Source: an uncultured Candidatus Peribacteria bacterium | GTDB taxonomy: Bacteria > Patescibacteriota > Gracilibacteria > UBA1369 | Assembly (NCBI GenBank): GCA_964424075.1 | Contig: CAYRGY010000003.1 | Span: forward strand, 42,985-106,984 | Reading direction: 5' to 3' | Length of the DNA: 64,000 nt | Shown: one piece after another, positions 1 to 10,227 of the stretch | How the letters are laid out: each line of letters opens with the position of its first letter | Position numbering within the stretch: the stretch's first letter is position 1 | Notes under the pieces: generated by a model | Seen by the model: the letters and a program-made list of their open reading frames with translations, nothing else | Told to the model about the DNA's origin: nothing | Database searches by the model: none | Program-made: the position numbers and the translations under genes

Positions 1-656
1 TTTAATGTTTTATGCTCACCGGGCTCTATTGTTTCTTTAAACGCTAATGTAGAATCTACAGAACCCTGTTCAATCGGATTCCCTTGCAAACTTCCGTCCT
101 CAGCATCCTTCCAAGTCCCTTCTTTTCCTTGATATTCACTTTTACCGGTAGCAAATTCCGTCAAACCGTCACCACTTTCATCCCACACCCCAAAACACAA
201 AAAATAGCGCTTTTTGCGATAGTGTAACAGAGCATTTATATATGGTTCATACTCTGCTGTATCCTGCATTTTTTCTCCATACATATGAAAATCATTGTTG
301 AAAAAAAGCTTTATCTCACGCTTATGCTCAGCATTATTATGAACCGTGATTCTCCTGATAAAAATATCGTCCGATGTTGAAACTAAATCTTCAAAGTGCA
401 GATCAATCTTCAAATTGGCATTCTTAGCCCAGGAATCTCCAACCAAAGAATCTCGATGATATCTGGTCTCATTATTCCAATCCTTTGTTCCCAGCCAAGA
501 AAAACTATTATCAGTGTAAACCCCAATCTTATGAGTTCGACGATAAGTAGTATGATCCTCCATACCAACATGCGGATAATAGAAATCCGACATTAAAATA
601 TTATAATTAAGATTAACGAGCATTCTCCCGTTGCTAAGCACTAGCGCTTTGGGCAT
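1..656 (-). CDS. GH15-like glycoside hydrolase (glucoamylase/glucodextranase-type N-terminal region); C-terminal part lies outside the window
   Basis: The minus-strand frame is open from nt 1 to the ATG at 656 (alternative ATGs at 623 and 593). It is absent from the ORF track because it has no stop in the window. The translation MPKALVLSNGRMLVNLNYNILMSDFYYPHVGMEDH...REIKLFFNNDFHMYGE...LLHYRKKRYFL resembles the N-terminal beta-sandwich of bacterial/archaeal GH15 enzymes. It overlaps the 3' end of the GH57 gene by 23 nt, which fits the glucan operon context. Confidence 0.55.
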   Translation of the reverse strand, partial: MPKALVLSNGRMLVNLNYNILMSDFYYPHVGMEDHTTYRRTHKIGVYTDNSFSWLGTKDWNNETRYHRDSLVGDSWAKNANLKIDLHFEDLVSTSDDIFIRRITVHNNAEHKREIKLFFNNDFHMYGEKMQDTAEYEPYINALLHYRKKRYFLCFGVWDESGDGLTEFATGKSEYQGKEGTWKDAEDGSLQGNPIEQGSVDSTLAFKETIEPGEHKTL

Positions 657-1959
657 TTTTATTTTTAGTTAAGTTTTTAAAAGCATCCATGATTCTATCT
701 CTAAGACTATTATAGACATTCATATATGCAATATAAGCTTCATATGGTGACTCGAATGGTGAAAAATATTTATGGACATCTCCATCTTCCCAATATTTCA
801 GACACATATAGTAAAAATGATCCGAAGTATGCATAAGTCGCCAATGATGTACTAATTCCAAAATCTCCTTCTTACGGGATTTCTTCAGTGGATGAACAAA
901 TTTCTCCAGAGCAGCTATCGAAGCGATACAACTATCTTGCAATGGATTCCCTGTCCAAGCGGATAGATCCCTTTCCAAATCCGCCCATGACAAATGTGCA
1001 TGGCAATCAATTTCTCCATGCCTTTCATATAGTTTTAAAGTCTCTGATGGGGTGGCAAAACTAATCCCCCGCTTGAGAAGCTCTGCTGGCAAAGCCCTCA
1101 TAAACTCAAAAATTCCCGTATCCTCCCATTGATGTTCACCAAAAGTTTCAAAGTCCATAAATAGATTAATGGTGTCTCCCATAATAGGTTCTAGCCAAGT
1201 AGCAAAACGTCCAACATCCAGCGGATATTCCACCCATGTCCGATCACCGAAACGGAAAGCAATATCATCTGAAAGCTTGTAATCTTTCAAAAGCAATCCA
1301 AAATCTTCTTTATATTTTCCGATGGAGTAGCGCTGAGCAATACGTCGATCGTCCTGATGCAAACCTGATTTCACAGACTCCATTACAAAATGTTGGGTTT
1401 TTCCGGATAGAACCGGATCCCAACCTTCGAGCAGCATTCCCGAGTAGCCCATTTCTTTAATAAAGTTGGCAATTTCATTGTTATAAATAAGCTCGGTATT
1501 TCTGAATACCTTCGGCCATACACCAAATGTTTGATGCATCAATTTACGATGCTTAATTATCTGTTCTGCATAATCTTGTTTAGAAAAAAGAAAAGTTAAT
1601 GAATGGAAATAAGTTTCTGAAAGAATTTCCACTCTGCCGGTTTCAACCAAATCCTGAAAATTTTGTAACACTCGCTTTCCAATCGCTCCATTTTCCAAAC
1701 ATTGCTCAATAAAAATACCGGACATGGAAAAGGAAATTTTCAATTCAGGGTGGCTATGCATCATCTCCAGCAACAAAGCTGTTGTAGGCAAATAGCACTT
1801 CTTGGCAACTTTCTCAAAAATTTCTTGATTAGTTCCACCATCTGGACCACGAAAATAATCTTTATCTTCGCTAAAAAAATTATAATCTCTCAGACGATAA
1901 GGCTGATGAACCTGAAAGTAGAAACAAACTGACTTGTGATGCTTCCTCGCTTTAGACAT
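634..1959 (-). CDS. glycoside hydrolase family 57 (alpha-amylase / alpha-glucan-processing enzyme)
   Basis: 441-aa ORF. The N-terminal FYFQVHQPYRL motif and the overall layout are typical of GH57. It overlaps the upstream glycosyltransferase gene by 8 nt. Confidence 0.85.
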   Translation of the reverse strand: MSKARKHHKSVCFYFQVHQPYRLRDYNFFSEDKDYFRGPDGGTNQEIFEKVAKKCYLPTTALLLEMMHSHPELKISFSMSGIFIEQCLENGAIGKRVLQNFQDLVETGRVEILSETYFHSLTFLFSKQDYAEQIIKHRKLMHQTFGVWPKVFRNTELIYNNEIANFIKEMGYSGMLLEGWDPVLSGKTQHFVMESVKSGLHQDDRRIAQRYSIGKYKEDFGLLLKDYKLSDDIAFRFGDRTWVEYPLDVGRFATWLEPIMGDTINLFMDFETFGEHQWEDTGIFEFMRALPAELLKRGISFATPSETLKLYERHGEIDCHAHLSWADLERDLSAWTGNPLQDSCIASIAALEKFVHPLKKSRKKEILELVHHWRLMHTSDHFYYMCLKYWEDGDVHKYFSPFESPYEAYIAYMNVYNSLRDRIMDAFKNLTKNKNAQSASA

Positions 1960-3193
1960 GTTTTCCGGTTACGGTATGATAAATTTGACGAATTTTTTGC
2001 GCTTGTTGATGCCAAGTCAAATAACGAATTTCCTGACTGGCATGATCAACCAAAGTCTTTCCCAGCACCGGCAAATCAAGTACCGCCATAACCTGATTAG
2101 CCATTTTCTCGATATCCCAAAAATCCGCTCTCAGACAATTTTTAATCACTTCTCCCACTCCAGCAGTTTTGCTCATCAATACAGGAGTTTTAAATTCAGT
2201 AGCTTCCAAAGCTGTTAAACCAAATGGCTCGGATACAGATGGCATAACATATAGATCTGACTCATAAAAAGCCCTATCTAAATCTGCACCTCCCAAAAAT
2301 CCAGCACAAAAAACATTCTCCTGCATATCATAATCAATTATCTTACTAATTATGTGAGGGAGCATATCGCCATTGCCAGCAATAACAAATTTTACATCCT
2401 TACGCTTCTGAAGAACTCTGCGAGCCATTTCAATAAAGTAGTCTGGGCCCTTTTGAATAGTCACCCGTCCCAAAAACAGCACAACTTTGTCACCCTGCTT
2501 GATTTGCTTTTCAGGCAAAGTCTTATGTTCATGCTCTTGAACTACATGAGCGTTATGAACGACTGAAATTTTATTTTCAGGGATATCATAATATTTGATC
2601 AGGATTTTTTTAGTTAATCCGCTAACTACAATAATATGATCAGACTTATAAAAACCCTCCCTCTCAATATTATAAATATACTGATTGGGATGCCCTCCGG
2701 TTCTATCCATTTCTGTTGCATGAACATGAGCAATCAGTGGCTTTTCAGACACATCTTTAACTTTCTCTCCGGCTTTATAAGTCATCCAATCATGCACATG
2801 AATCAAATCATGTGGATTCTCTTTAGCCAACTCTTTAGCTTCTTCCGCAAATTTAGCCAATTCCAGCCAGAATTCCTGCCCGTAAATTTGCTTTGCCTTT
2901 TTACCTGCTGGTAGGTTCTTCCATTCCAATTGTTGACCTGACACTTCAACCAAACCTTGATAAGGGGAGAAAATATACTTTTGATCAACCTTTATCTTCA
3001 AATTTTTAAAACGCTTAGAAACAATTTTTAAATTTCCCTCTTGTGTATCTTCCTCCGAATTTAAATATGAGGGCAAGGCAAACACAACTTTCACACCATC
3101 TCGTTGCAGGCCATCTGCAATTCCTCTACAAGCCACTCCCAGACCTCCTGATTTTATGGGAGCAAACTCCCACCCCAACATGAATACACGCAT
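1952..3193 (-). CDS. glycogen/starch synthase-like GT-B glycosyltransferase
   Basis: 413-aa ORF. It has a KxGGL-type motif (PIKSGGLGV) near the N-terminus and the E-x7-E region SEPFGLTALEA. It is the first gene of the glucan operon. Confidence 0.8.
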   Translation of the reverse strand: MRVFMLGWEFAPIKSGGLGVACRGIADGLQRDGVKVVFALPSYLNSEEDTQEGNLKIVSKRFKNLKIKVDQKYIFSPYQGLVEVSGQQLEWKNLPAGKKAKQIYGQEFWLELAKFAEEAKELAKENPHDLIHVHDWMTYKAGEKVKDVSEKPLIAHVHATEMDRTGGHPNQYIYNIEREGFYKSDHIIVVSGLTKKILIKYYDIPENKISVVHNAHVVQEHEHKTLPEKQIKQGDKVVLFLGRVTIQKGPDYFIEMARRVLQKRKDVKFVIAGNGDMLPHIISKIIDYDMQENVFCAGFLGGADLDRAFYESDLYVMPSVSEPFGLTALEATEFKTPVLMSKTAGVGEVIKNCLRADFWDIEKMANQVMAVLDLPVLGKTLVDHASQEIRYLTWHQQAQKIRQIYHTVTGKHV

Positions 3194-3228
3194 TTATTTT
3201 TGTTTTTGAGAAATCCTTATATTATAGC

Positions 3229-3257
3229 AAAAAATAGACTCTTTTAATAGAGTCTAT
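3229..3257 (-). terminator. Rho-independent terminator after the 205-aa ORF
   Basis: On the minus strand there is a 9-bp perfect stem (ATAGACTCT/AGAGTCTAT) with a 6-nt loop, followed by TTTTTTG. Confidence 0.6.
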
Positions 3258-3290
3258 TTAGCTGCAATCATAATATATTAATTGACAAAT

Positions 3291-3908
3291 TTAAGCTTTA
3301 TTTTTATCAGTAGATGCTCCATCAATGAGAATCTCTATCTGATCTCCAATTTCCAATTGAATCGCAGATAAATCCTCAGGCCAATCTGGTAAATCATCAT
3401 AGGCCACATCCTCTTTTACCAAAAAATACACCAGTCCCGAATCAAGATTACGCTCATCCTTAAAGTTAACTGTGAACACATTTTCATAACCATATTTATC
3501 ATAAAGCTTTCTAATTAAATCCATAGCACCATCCATATCTCCGGCAAAAACATAGTTCACTACTGCATATCCCTGACAACGCATGTCGAAAAGTAAGCTA
3601 GAAGCTGTAATATCCGGAATTATAATCTCGCTAGTGATTAAGCCACTATTAGAAGTTGCCCTAATCAATCTACTGAATGAAGAAGGTGGTGGCATAGTTA
3701 AACTATGTTCCTGACTACTCTCTTCCAGATCGGGGTGTGGCACTGTTTCTCTATCAAAATCAGATTCTTCCTCACGAGCGGGTGGACGACTTGTTAGAAT
3801 CTCGTTTTGGATAAAATCCTTCAGATCCGCAAAAAAATCATCAGCCGGATTATTGAGTTTATTATCCATATATTTGCTTAGGGCGCAAATTATCACACCT
3901 CTATACAT
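3291..3908 (-). CDS. hypothetical acidic protein
   Basis: 205-aa ORF with no recognisable motif. An alternative start at 3869 gives MDNKLNN. A hairpin terminator follows it. Confidence 0.5.
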   Translation of the reverse strand: MYRGVIICALSKYMDNKLNNPADDFFADLKDFIQNEILTSRPPAREEESDFDRETVPHPDLEESSQEHSLTMPPPSSFSRLIRATSNSGLITSEIIIPDITASSLLFDMRCQGYAVVNYVFAGDMDGAMDLIRKLYDKYGYENVFTVNFKDERNLDSGLVYFLVKEDVAYDDLPDWPEDLSAIQLEIGDQIEILIDGASTDKNKA

Positions 3909-3934
3909 ATTGCAAATATATTGCTTTAACTTAT

Positions 3935-5464
3935 TTAAACACCATTCTCACTCAACAAACTTTCCCCAGTCATTTCTTCCGGTTTTTTAAGCTCAAGCAA
4001 TTGACAAATCGTAGGAGCAACATCTGATAATCTACCATCTTTTAACTGCCAGTTTTCCTCAGTCACCAAAATAAATGGAACCGGATTGGAAGTATGCGCT
4101 GTATTTGGCGATCCATCTTCATTTTTTTCATACTCAGCATTTCCATGATCGGCTGTAATCACTAGTGTGTATCCCTGTTTTTGGGCCTCTTCAACCAAAG
4201 CCCCTACACATTTATCCACAGCTGTAGCAGCCTTAACAGTAGCTTGAAAATCCCCCGTATGCCCAACCATATCGGTATTAGCAAAATTCAAACAAATAAA
4301 ATCATGTTTTCGAGTTTGCAAGTCCTTAATTAGTACATCTTTCACTTCAAAAGCACTCATTTCCGGCTTCAAATCATAGGTTGCCACTTTAGGTGATGGA
4401 ATCATAATTCTATCCTCATTATCAAATGGCTCCTCTCTGCCTCCACTGAAGAAAAATGTCACATGTGCATATTTCTCAGTTTCTGCAATTCTCAACTGAT
4501 TTAAGCCATTTTTAGCCACCAATTCTCCCAAAGTATTCTCAATGTTTTCTTTATCAAACAGAATGCCAATATGTTCAAAGCTTCCGTCATATCTGGTCAT
4601 TGTATAATAATTGAGTGGAATGACTTTCATGCCATGATCAGACAAATCCTCCTGCGTCAGTGCAATACTCAATTGTCTCATCCGATCGGTTCTGAAATTA
4701 AAACTTATGACAACGTCACCTTCACTGATTCTACCCACCGGCTGATCAGCTTCAACTTTAACAATTGGCTTGATAAACTCATCCGTAACCTCTTCCGCAT
4801 AGGATTCATCCACTGCCCCAATTAAATCAGTTGCAGTCTTTCCTTTTCCTGTTAGTAACAAGTCATATGCTTCTTTAATCCTTTCCCAACGCTTATCCCT
4901 ATCCATTGCATAATAACGACCGACCACACTAACCAATTCAGCATTCTTATCCTGCAAATAACCCTGCAAATCCTCCAAATAGCCTTTTCCACTATACGGA
5001 TCAGTATCTCGACCATCCATAAAAGCGTGTACATAGACTTTTTCCAATCCGGCCTCCTGAGCGATATCAATTAATGCCTTGAGATGATTTATATGCGAAT
5101 GTACTCCACCATCCGAAACCAGCCCCATCAAATGTAAAGCCTTGCCTTTTGCTTTATTCAAAGCATCTTTCAACACTTCATTCTCCTGCAAACTCCTATC
5201 CTCAATAGCCCTGTTTATTTTTCCAAAATCTTGATAAACAATCCGTCCAGATCCCAAATTCAAATGACCAACTTCCGAATTTCCCATTTGCCCTGCCGGC
5301 AAACCAACATCCTCACCTGAAGCGGACAATTTGGAGTTGGCATAATTCTTTTTCAAATCATCCATATTGGGAGTCGGAGCATTATAAATTGCATTGGAAC
5401 CATTTCCCTTTCCAATACCCCATCCGTCCAAAATAATTAAAAGTACTTGGCGTTTGGTTTCCAT
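3935..5464 (-). CDS. gpmI: 2,3-bisphosphoglycerate-independent phosphoglycerate mutase
   Basis: 509-aa ORF with the iPGM motifs LLIILDGWG, GNSEVGH and ITADHGNAE. Confidence 0.95.
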   Translation of the reverse strand: METKRQVLLIILDGWGIGKGNGSNAIYNAPTPNMDDLKKNYANSKLSASGEDVGLPAGQMGNSEVGHLNLGSGRIVYQDFGKINRAIEDRSLQENEVLKDALNKAKGKALHLMGLVSDGGVHSHINHLKALIDIAQEAGLEKVYVHAFMDGRDTDPYSGKGYLEDLQGYLQDKNAELVSVVGRYYAMDRDKRWERIKEAYDLLLTGKGKTATDLIGAVDESYAEEVTDEFIKPIVKVEADQPVGRISEGDVVISFNFRTDRMRQLSIALTQEDLSDHGMKVIPLNYYTMTRYDGSFEHIGILFDKENIENTLGELVAKNGLNQLRIAETEKYAHVTFFFSGGREEPFDNEDRIMIPSPKVATYDLKPEMSAFEVKDVLIKDLQTRKHDFICLNFANTDMVGHTGDFQATVKAATAVDKCVGALVEEAQKQGYTLVITADHGNAEYEKNEDGSPNTAHTSNPVPFILVTEENWQLKDGRLSDVAPTICQLLELKKPEEMTGESLLSENGV

Positions 5465-5517
5465 TGTGTGTTTTTATATTTATTGGTTATATTATACACT
5501 AACTAAATACAAATAAA

Positions 5518-6285
5518 ATGCAGACTTACAAGTTTTATTCTTGGAATGTAAACGGCATCAGAGCGCAAGAAAAAAAAGGATTTATTCAATGGATGGAAAA
5601 TTTGGACGCAGACTTAATAGGTCTACAGGAAACCAAAGCTCATAAAGATCAATTGTCCGAGCGCCTGCTCAATATCAACGGTTTTGAGAGCTTCTGGAAA
5701 TCAGCTGAACGCAAAGGGTATAGCGGAGTTGCGCTTTATACGAGGTTAAAACCACTCAGAGTAATCACTGAATTTGAAGCGGATATACTAAATCTGGACG
5801 GCAGACTAATTGGCATGGAATTTGAAAAATTTTTCTTATTCAACGGCTATTTCCCCAATGGTGGTCGTGGTATGGAGTGGGTGCAACACAAACTCAATTT
5901 TTATAATGCATTCTATAAAATGATTACCAAACTGAACAAGCCGATCATTTTTTGCGGAGACATTAACACCGCCCATAATGAAATTGATCTGGCTCGTCCA
6001 CTGGAAAATCGCAACACCTCTGGCTTTATGAATATCGAACGTGAATGGCTGCATTTTATAACCAAGCAAGGTTACATCGACACCTTTCGTTATTTTAATC
6101 CCCAGCAAAAAGACCGTTATAGTTGGTGGGACATGAAAACTCGCTCCAGAGACAGAAACATTGGCTGGAGGATTGACTATTTTTTTGCTAGTCCCGACCT
6201 CAAATCAAACTTGAAAAACGCAGAAATTCACGATCAGGTTATGGGGTCAGATCACGCACCAATCAGCCTTACTTTTGAGATTTAG
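5518..6285 (+). CDS. xth: exodeoxyribonuclease III (AP endonuclease)
   Basis: 255-aa ORF with the ExoIII/APE1 motifs SWNVNGIRA, LQETK and GSDHAP. Confidence 0.93.
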   Translation: MQTYKFYSWNVNGIRAQEKKGFIQWMENLDADLIGLQETKAHKDQLSERLLNINGFESFWKSAERKGYSGVALYTRLKPLRVITEFEADILNLDGRLIGMEFEKFFLFNGYFPNGGRGMEWVQHKLNFYNAFYKMITKLNKPIIFCGDINTAHNEIDLARPLENRNTSGFMNIEREWLHFITKQGYIDTFRYFNPQQKDRYSWWDMKTRSRDRNIGWRIDYFFASPDLKSNLKNAEIHDQVMGSDHAPISLTFEI

Positions 6286-6991
6286 TTTTTTTCTTGGCAG
6301 TTGCTTTTTTGGATTTTTTGACGCCCCGAGCTTCAGCCAATTCAATTCGTGACATTTTCTTTTTCTTACTATATTGCTTATCAAATGCTTCAATAACTTT
6401 CATAGCTTCATCATTATTTTTAGCAATATATATATAGTCAAAATCTTTTGGACTTACCAAACCTCTAGGCAAAACGTCTTTCTTCATCCATTCAATCAAT
6501 GATTCCCACATTTCTCCAATCAAAATTATCGGTCGATAATCGACATGTTTAACTTGTAAATGCTGCCACATATAATAAAGCTCCAAAACCGTTCCAATAC
6601 CTCCTTGAGTCACTATCATAACATGGGAAAGCTCCAAGAATGTGTCCAAACGCTTGGAAAACCGTTTAAAAGTCTTACTCAATTCCAAAAATTTATTACC
6701 TTCACTCTCGAATGGAAGCTCGATAATTAATCCAATAGACTCTGCTTTCTTATCTACATCACCAAATTCATGCCCTGCATTAGCCGCTTCCATCATACCA
6801 GGCCCTCCTCCTGTCACAATATCATAACCATTTTCCCCTATTCTACGTGCCAAATCAAATACCTCCCGATATTTAGCATCACCTCTCTTAGTCCTGGCAG
6901 AACCGAAAATCGCTACTCGAAAATTATGATTATCTGCCAATAGTTTCTTCAGATTGAAATTTTTAGCTTTAACATTTGATAATAGTCCCAT
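6269..6991 (-). CDS. LOG family / TIGR00730-type Rossmann protein (nucleotide 5'-monophosphate nucleosidase-like)
   Basis: 240-aa ORF with GGGPGMMEAANAG and TQGGIGTVLE motifs. It has a Lys-rich C-terminal tail (KKSKKATAKKKTKSQK). Confidence 0.85.
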   Translation of the reverse strand: MGLLSNVKAKNFNLKKLLADNHNFRVAIFGSARTKRGDAKYREVFDLARRIGENGYDIVTGGGPGMMEAANAGHEFGDVDKKAESIGLIIELPFESEGNKFLELSKTFKRFSKRLDTFLELSHVMIVTQGGIGTVLELYYMWQHLQVKHVDYRPIILIGEMWESLIEWMKKDVLPRGLVSPKDFDYIYIAKNNDEAMKVIEAFDKQYSKKKKMSRIELAEARGVKKSKKATAKKKTKSQK

Positions 6992-6996
6992 CTTGT

Positions 6997-8907
6997 TTAT
7001 TTTAGTTTTTCTTCAAGATATTTTAACACACTATTGGCAGAAATCCCAGCCTTCTCATACAACTGTTCCGATTTACCTGACAATTGATATTTTTGTACCG
7101 CCAGTGAATCAAAACTATCCACTTTAATACCATGAGTAGTCAAAGCTGCCGCCAACCTGGTCGCCAAACCAGAATGAGGATTGTGATCTTCAAGCGTCAA
7201 CACCTTGCCCGTCTTCTCAATTGAATTAAAAACAGTTTGATCAAATTGCTTGATTGAAGTTACTGCAACAATCTCAACCTTATCAGCATCTGCAAAATCA
7301 GATCTTGCTTTTAGTGCTTCATGCACCATTGGTCCACTGGCAACAATGGTGAGCTCAGTACCAACTCTGATTAAATCAGACTTACCATATTCATATTTAT
7401 AATCGACCCCATAAAACTCATTGCCATCCTCGTCAGTAATAACCGGAAATTTGTGTCGCCCCATTCTAACATAAAAGTTTCCATAGTGGCTGGCAACATA
7501 GCGAATTATTCGATCAGTTTGATTGGGATCCGCAGGTTCGATCACCATAGTTTCAAACATACCCAAAAAAGATCCAGCATCGTCAATAGCTTGGTGGGTT
7601 GGCCCATCTTCACCAACTGAAAGACCGCAATGAGTCGAAACCATTTTCACATTTGCATGATTAATATCATTCACACGAGCTTGGTCCTTGGCTCTACTAC
7701 TCATAAAAGCGCCAAATGTCGAGGCAAAAGGAATGCGATCACACAAACTGAATGCTCCGGCCGTAGACACCATGTGCTGCTCAGCAATTCCACATTCCAC
7801 ATGTCTTTTCGGAAATGCTTGACCCATTTTTTCAGTTTTGCAGGAACCACGCAAATCAGCAATCAAAGCCATTACTTTAGGATTTTTTTCAGCCAATTCA
7901 GCTAATGCATTACCATAGGCACTTCGACAATCCGTAAGCTCATCTTTCTTGTATAATTTTGCCTCCCCTTGATCAATATCCATTTCTGACAGCAATTCCG
8001 GGAAATACGCTTCCTCCGGATGCCACTTAATTTGAGATCCAAATGCGTCAATTATTTGCCTCTCTTCATCTGAAACAATCAATTGCTTCAATGCCTCATC
8101 ACACATCTCCGGATCAGGAGCTTTTCCATGCCAAGTAGCTTTATGCTCAAGACCTTCCTTTTCCATAAAATCTACTCCCTTACCCATAATAGTCTTACCC
8201 AAAAGCATCACCGGTTTATCTTTCACCTGATGCGCATGAGCCAAAACTTCCCACATGTCTTGATAATTATGACCATCAACTTCAATCACTTCCCAACCTG
8301 CTGCTTTAAAAATTCCGGCAATATTAATCGGCATAATTTTATCCAAAGCATCAGTCAATTGAACCTGATTATAATCAACAAATAAGATTAGATTATTCAA
8401 CTTATTTTTTGCCGCAAAATTCATCATCTCGTGCACCTGCCCTTCCTGAGCCTCTCCATCACCCATTACTGCAAACACTTTCTGCTCTGAGTCTCGCATT
8501 TTTTGATCTAACGCAAATGCAGATGCTACCGAAACTCCAATTCCCAGCGGACCTGTGCCGTACCAAATTCCCGGCACATGCCTGGTGACATGACCTTCAT
8601 AAATTGAACCTATTTTTCGAAAAGTCTCAATTACATCTTCTTTAGGAATATACTTAAGCTCAGCCAAAGCACTATATACAGCAGGTGAAATATGACCGTT
8701 GGAAACGACAATTTTCTCTCCGGTTTGACTTAAAATAAACGGATATAGCAAAGTGAAATAGTCAATTGTGGACAAAGAGCCTCCAGGATGTCCACTCTGA
8801 GAATTCTTTAACATTGCTATAATAGAATGACGGCAAGACTTAGAAAAAGCTTGCAGGAATTTTATTTGCTCATCATTGAGCTTTTCTCCTAGTGCTGGAA
8901 TTTGCAT
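6997..8907 (-). CDS. tkt: transketolase
   Basis: 636-aa ORF with GHPGGSLS and the TPP-binding motif GDGEAQEGQ. Both the pyrimidine-binding and C-terminal domains are present in one polypeptide. Confidence 0.95.
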   Translation of the reverse strand: MQIPALGEKLNDEQIKFLQAFSKSCRHSIIAMLKNSQSGHPGGSLSTIDYFTLLYPFILSQTGEKIVVSNGHISPAVYSALAELKYIPKEDVIETFRKIGSIYEGHVTRHVPGIWYGTGPLGIGVSVASAFALDQKMRDSEQKVFAVMGDGEAQEGQVHEMMNFAAKNKLNNLILFVDYNQVQLTDALDKIMPINIAGIFKAAGWEVIEVDGHNYQDMWEVLAHAHQVKDKPVMLLGKTIMGKGVDFMEKEGLEHKATWHGKAPDPEMCDEALKQLIVSDEERQIIDAFGSQIKWHPEEAYFPELLSEMDIDQGEAKLYKKDELTDCRSAYGNALAELAEKNPKVMALIADLRGSCKTEKMGQAFPKRHVECGIAEQHMVSTAGAFSLCDRIPFASTFGAFMSSRAKDQARVNDINHANVKMVSTHCGLSVGEDGPTHQAIDDAGSFLGMFETMVIEPADPNQTDRIIRYVASHYGNFYVRMGRHKFPVITDEDGNEFYGVDYKYEYGKSDLIRVGTELTIVASGPMVHEALKARSDFADADKVEIVAVTSIKQFDQTVFNSIEKTGKVLTLEDHNPHSGLATRLAAALTTHGIKVDSFDSLAVQKYQLSGKSEQLYEKAGISANSVLKYLEEKLK

Positions 8908-8908
8908 A

Positions 8909-10213
8909 TTATTGTTCAGTTAAATATTCTTTTGTTAATTGTTTGGCCAATTCAACACCCGGCTGATCAAAAGCATTGATATTGTAAAACTCTCCCAGAA
9001 AAGCAGTAGCTCCTTCAAATAACATAAATAGTTCCCCTAAATTGTATTCATCTACTTTTTCAACCCACAATTCAACAGAAGGACGATTATACTTAGCCAG
9101 CGCATCAACAGTACCGCGCATTTCAGTTTTTAGTAGCCTATTAAAGCTAACATTTTTTAAATATCCGATACTATCCGCAAATTGATCATCAAAAGGAATA
9201 TCAATATCACGGGCAGATTCATGCGCTGCCAAAAAGATGAAAAATTTATCATTAGGACCTTCATTATAGAGCTGATTTTGCGAATGCTGGTCAGTAGCTC
9301 CCAATGCAAAAACCGGAGTAATTCCCACATTAACAGTCTCTCCATTATTGTTAACCGCCTTACCTATGCTTTCCGCCAACAGTTGCCTGTACCAATCTGA
9401 AAATCTAATTAGTTTTTGAGCATACGAATACATCACATTAATACGCTTGCCCTTTTGTTCCATTAAAAATTGTACTTCCGCCAATCTGAATGGCATATTC
9501 TCCAAAACATTTCTGTTTAGAAATTGATCTCGCATCGCCCGTGCTCCCTCTAAAAGTCCCCTAATATCAACACCCATTAATTTAGCCGGCAAAAGACCCA
9601 CCGCTGTCAGTACCGAGAATCTGCCACCAACATCCTGAGGAACCGGAAAAGTTTTAATGCGCTCATTATTATTGGCAATTTGTCGCAGCAAACCTTTCTC
9701 CGGATCAGTAATGAATACAAATTGATCCTCCAATGTACCTCCGACCTCCAATACTCGTTTCCTAAAATACATAAATTGCGACAGTGTCTCAGGTGTACCA
9801 CCGGATTTAGTCACCACAATAAAAAGCGTCTTTCTTATATCAACGATATCTTCAAATGCAGCTAATAATTCAGGATCAATATTGTCCAAAACATGCAATC
9901 TGGGTCTATTTCTACCAGGTAATTCATTCTCATAAAGATGAGTTAAACTTTGCTGTAGACATATAGTACCCAAAGACGATCCACCAATAGCACACACCGC
10001 AATATCATCAAATTGACCTTCAATCTCTGCGGCATAATCCTCAATATCCTTTACCAAATCCTGATTATCAATAGTTTTATAAAATCCCAAATTTTTTGAC
10101 TCAATACTATCTATATAGCCACCTAATCTGCCATTTAACCCATCAACTTCCGCTCTAGAAATCGAATGTTCAGGAGCAATGTCCTCAAATCCTAAAGTTA
10201 CAAACTTAATCAT
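8909..10213 (-). CDS. pgi: glucose-6-phosphate isomerase
   Basis: 434-aa ORF with SIS-domain PGI motifs (VVTKSGGTPET, GGRFSVLTAVG). There is a 1-nt gap to tkt. Confidence 0.9.
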   Translation of the reverse strand: MIKFVTLGFEDIAPEHSISRAEVDGLNGRLGGYIDSIESKNLGFYKTIDNQDLVKDIEDYAAEIEGQFDDIAVCAIGGSSLGTICLQQSLTHLYENELPGRNRPRLHVLDNIDPELLAAFEDIVDIRKTLFIVVTKSGGTPETLSQFMYFRKRVLEVGGTLEDQFVFITDPEKGLLRQIANNNERIKTFPVPQDVGGRFSVLTAVGLLPAKLMGVDIRGLLEGARAMRDQFLNRNVLENMPFRLAEVQFLMEQKGKRINVMYSYAQKLIRFSDWYRQLLAESIGKAVNNNGETVNVGITPVFALGATDQHSQNQLYNEGPNDKFFIFLAAHESARDIDIPFDDQFADSIGYLKNVSFNRLLKTEMRGTVDALAKYNRPSVELWVEKVDEYNLGELFMLFEGATAFLGEFYNINAFDQPGVELAKQLTKEYLTEQ

Positions 10214-10227
10214 ATATATTATTATAA

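Noticed and set aside
396-596. 66-aa plus-strand ORF from the track.
   Set aside because: It lies antisense to the much longer open minus-strand GH15-like frame and has low-complexity Ile/Ser/Asn composition. It is most likely a shadow ORF.
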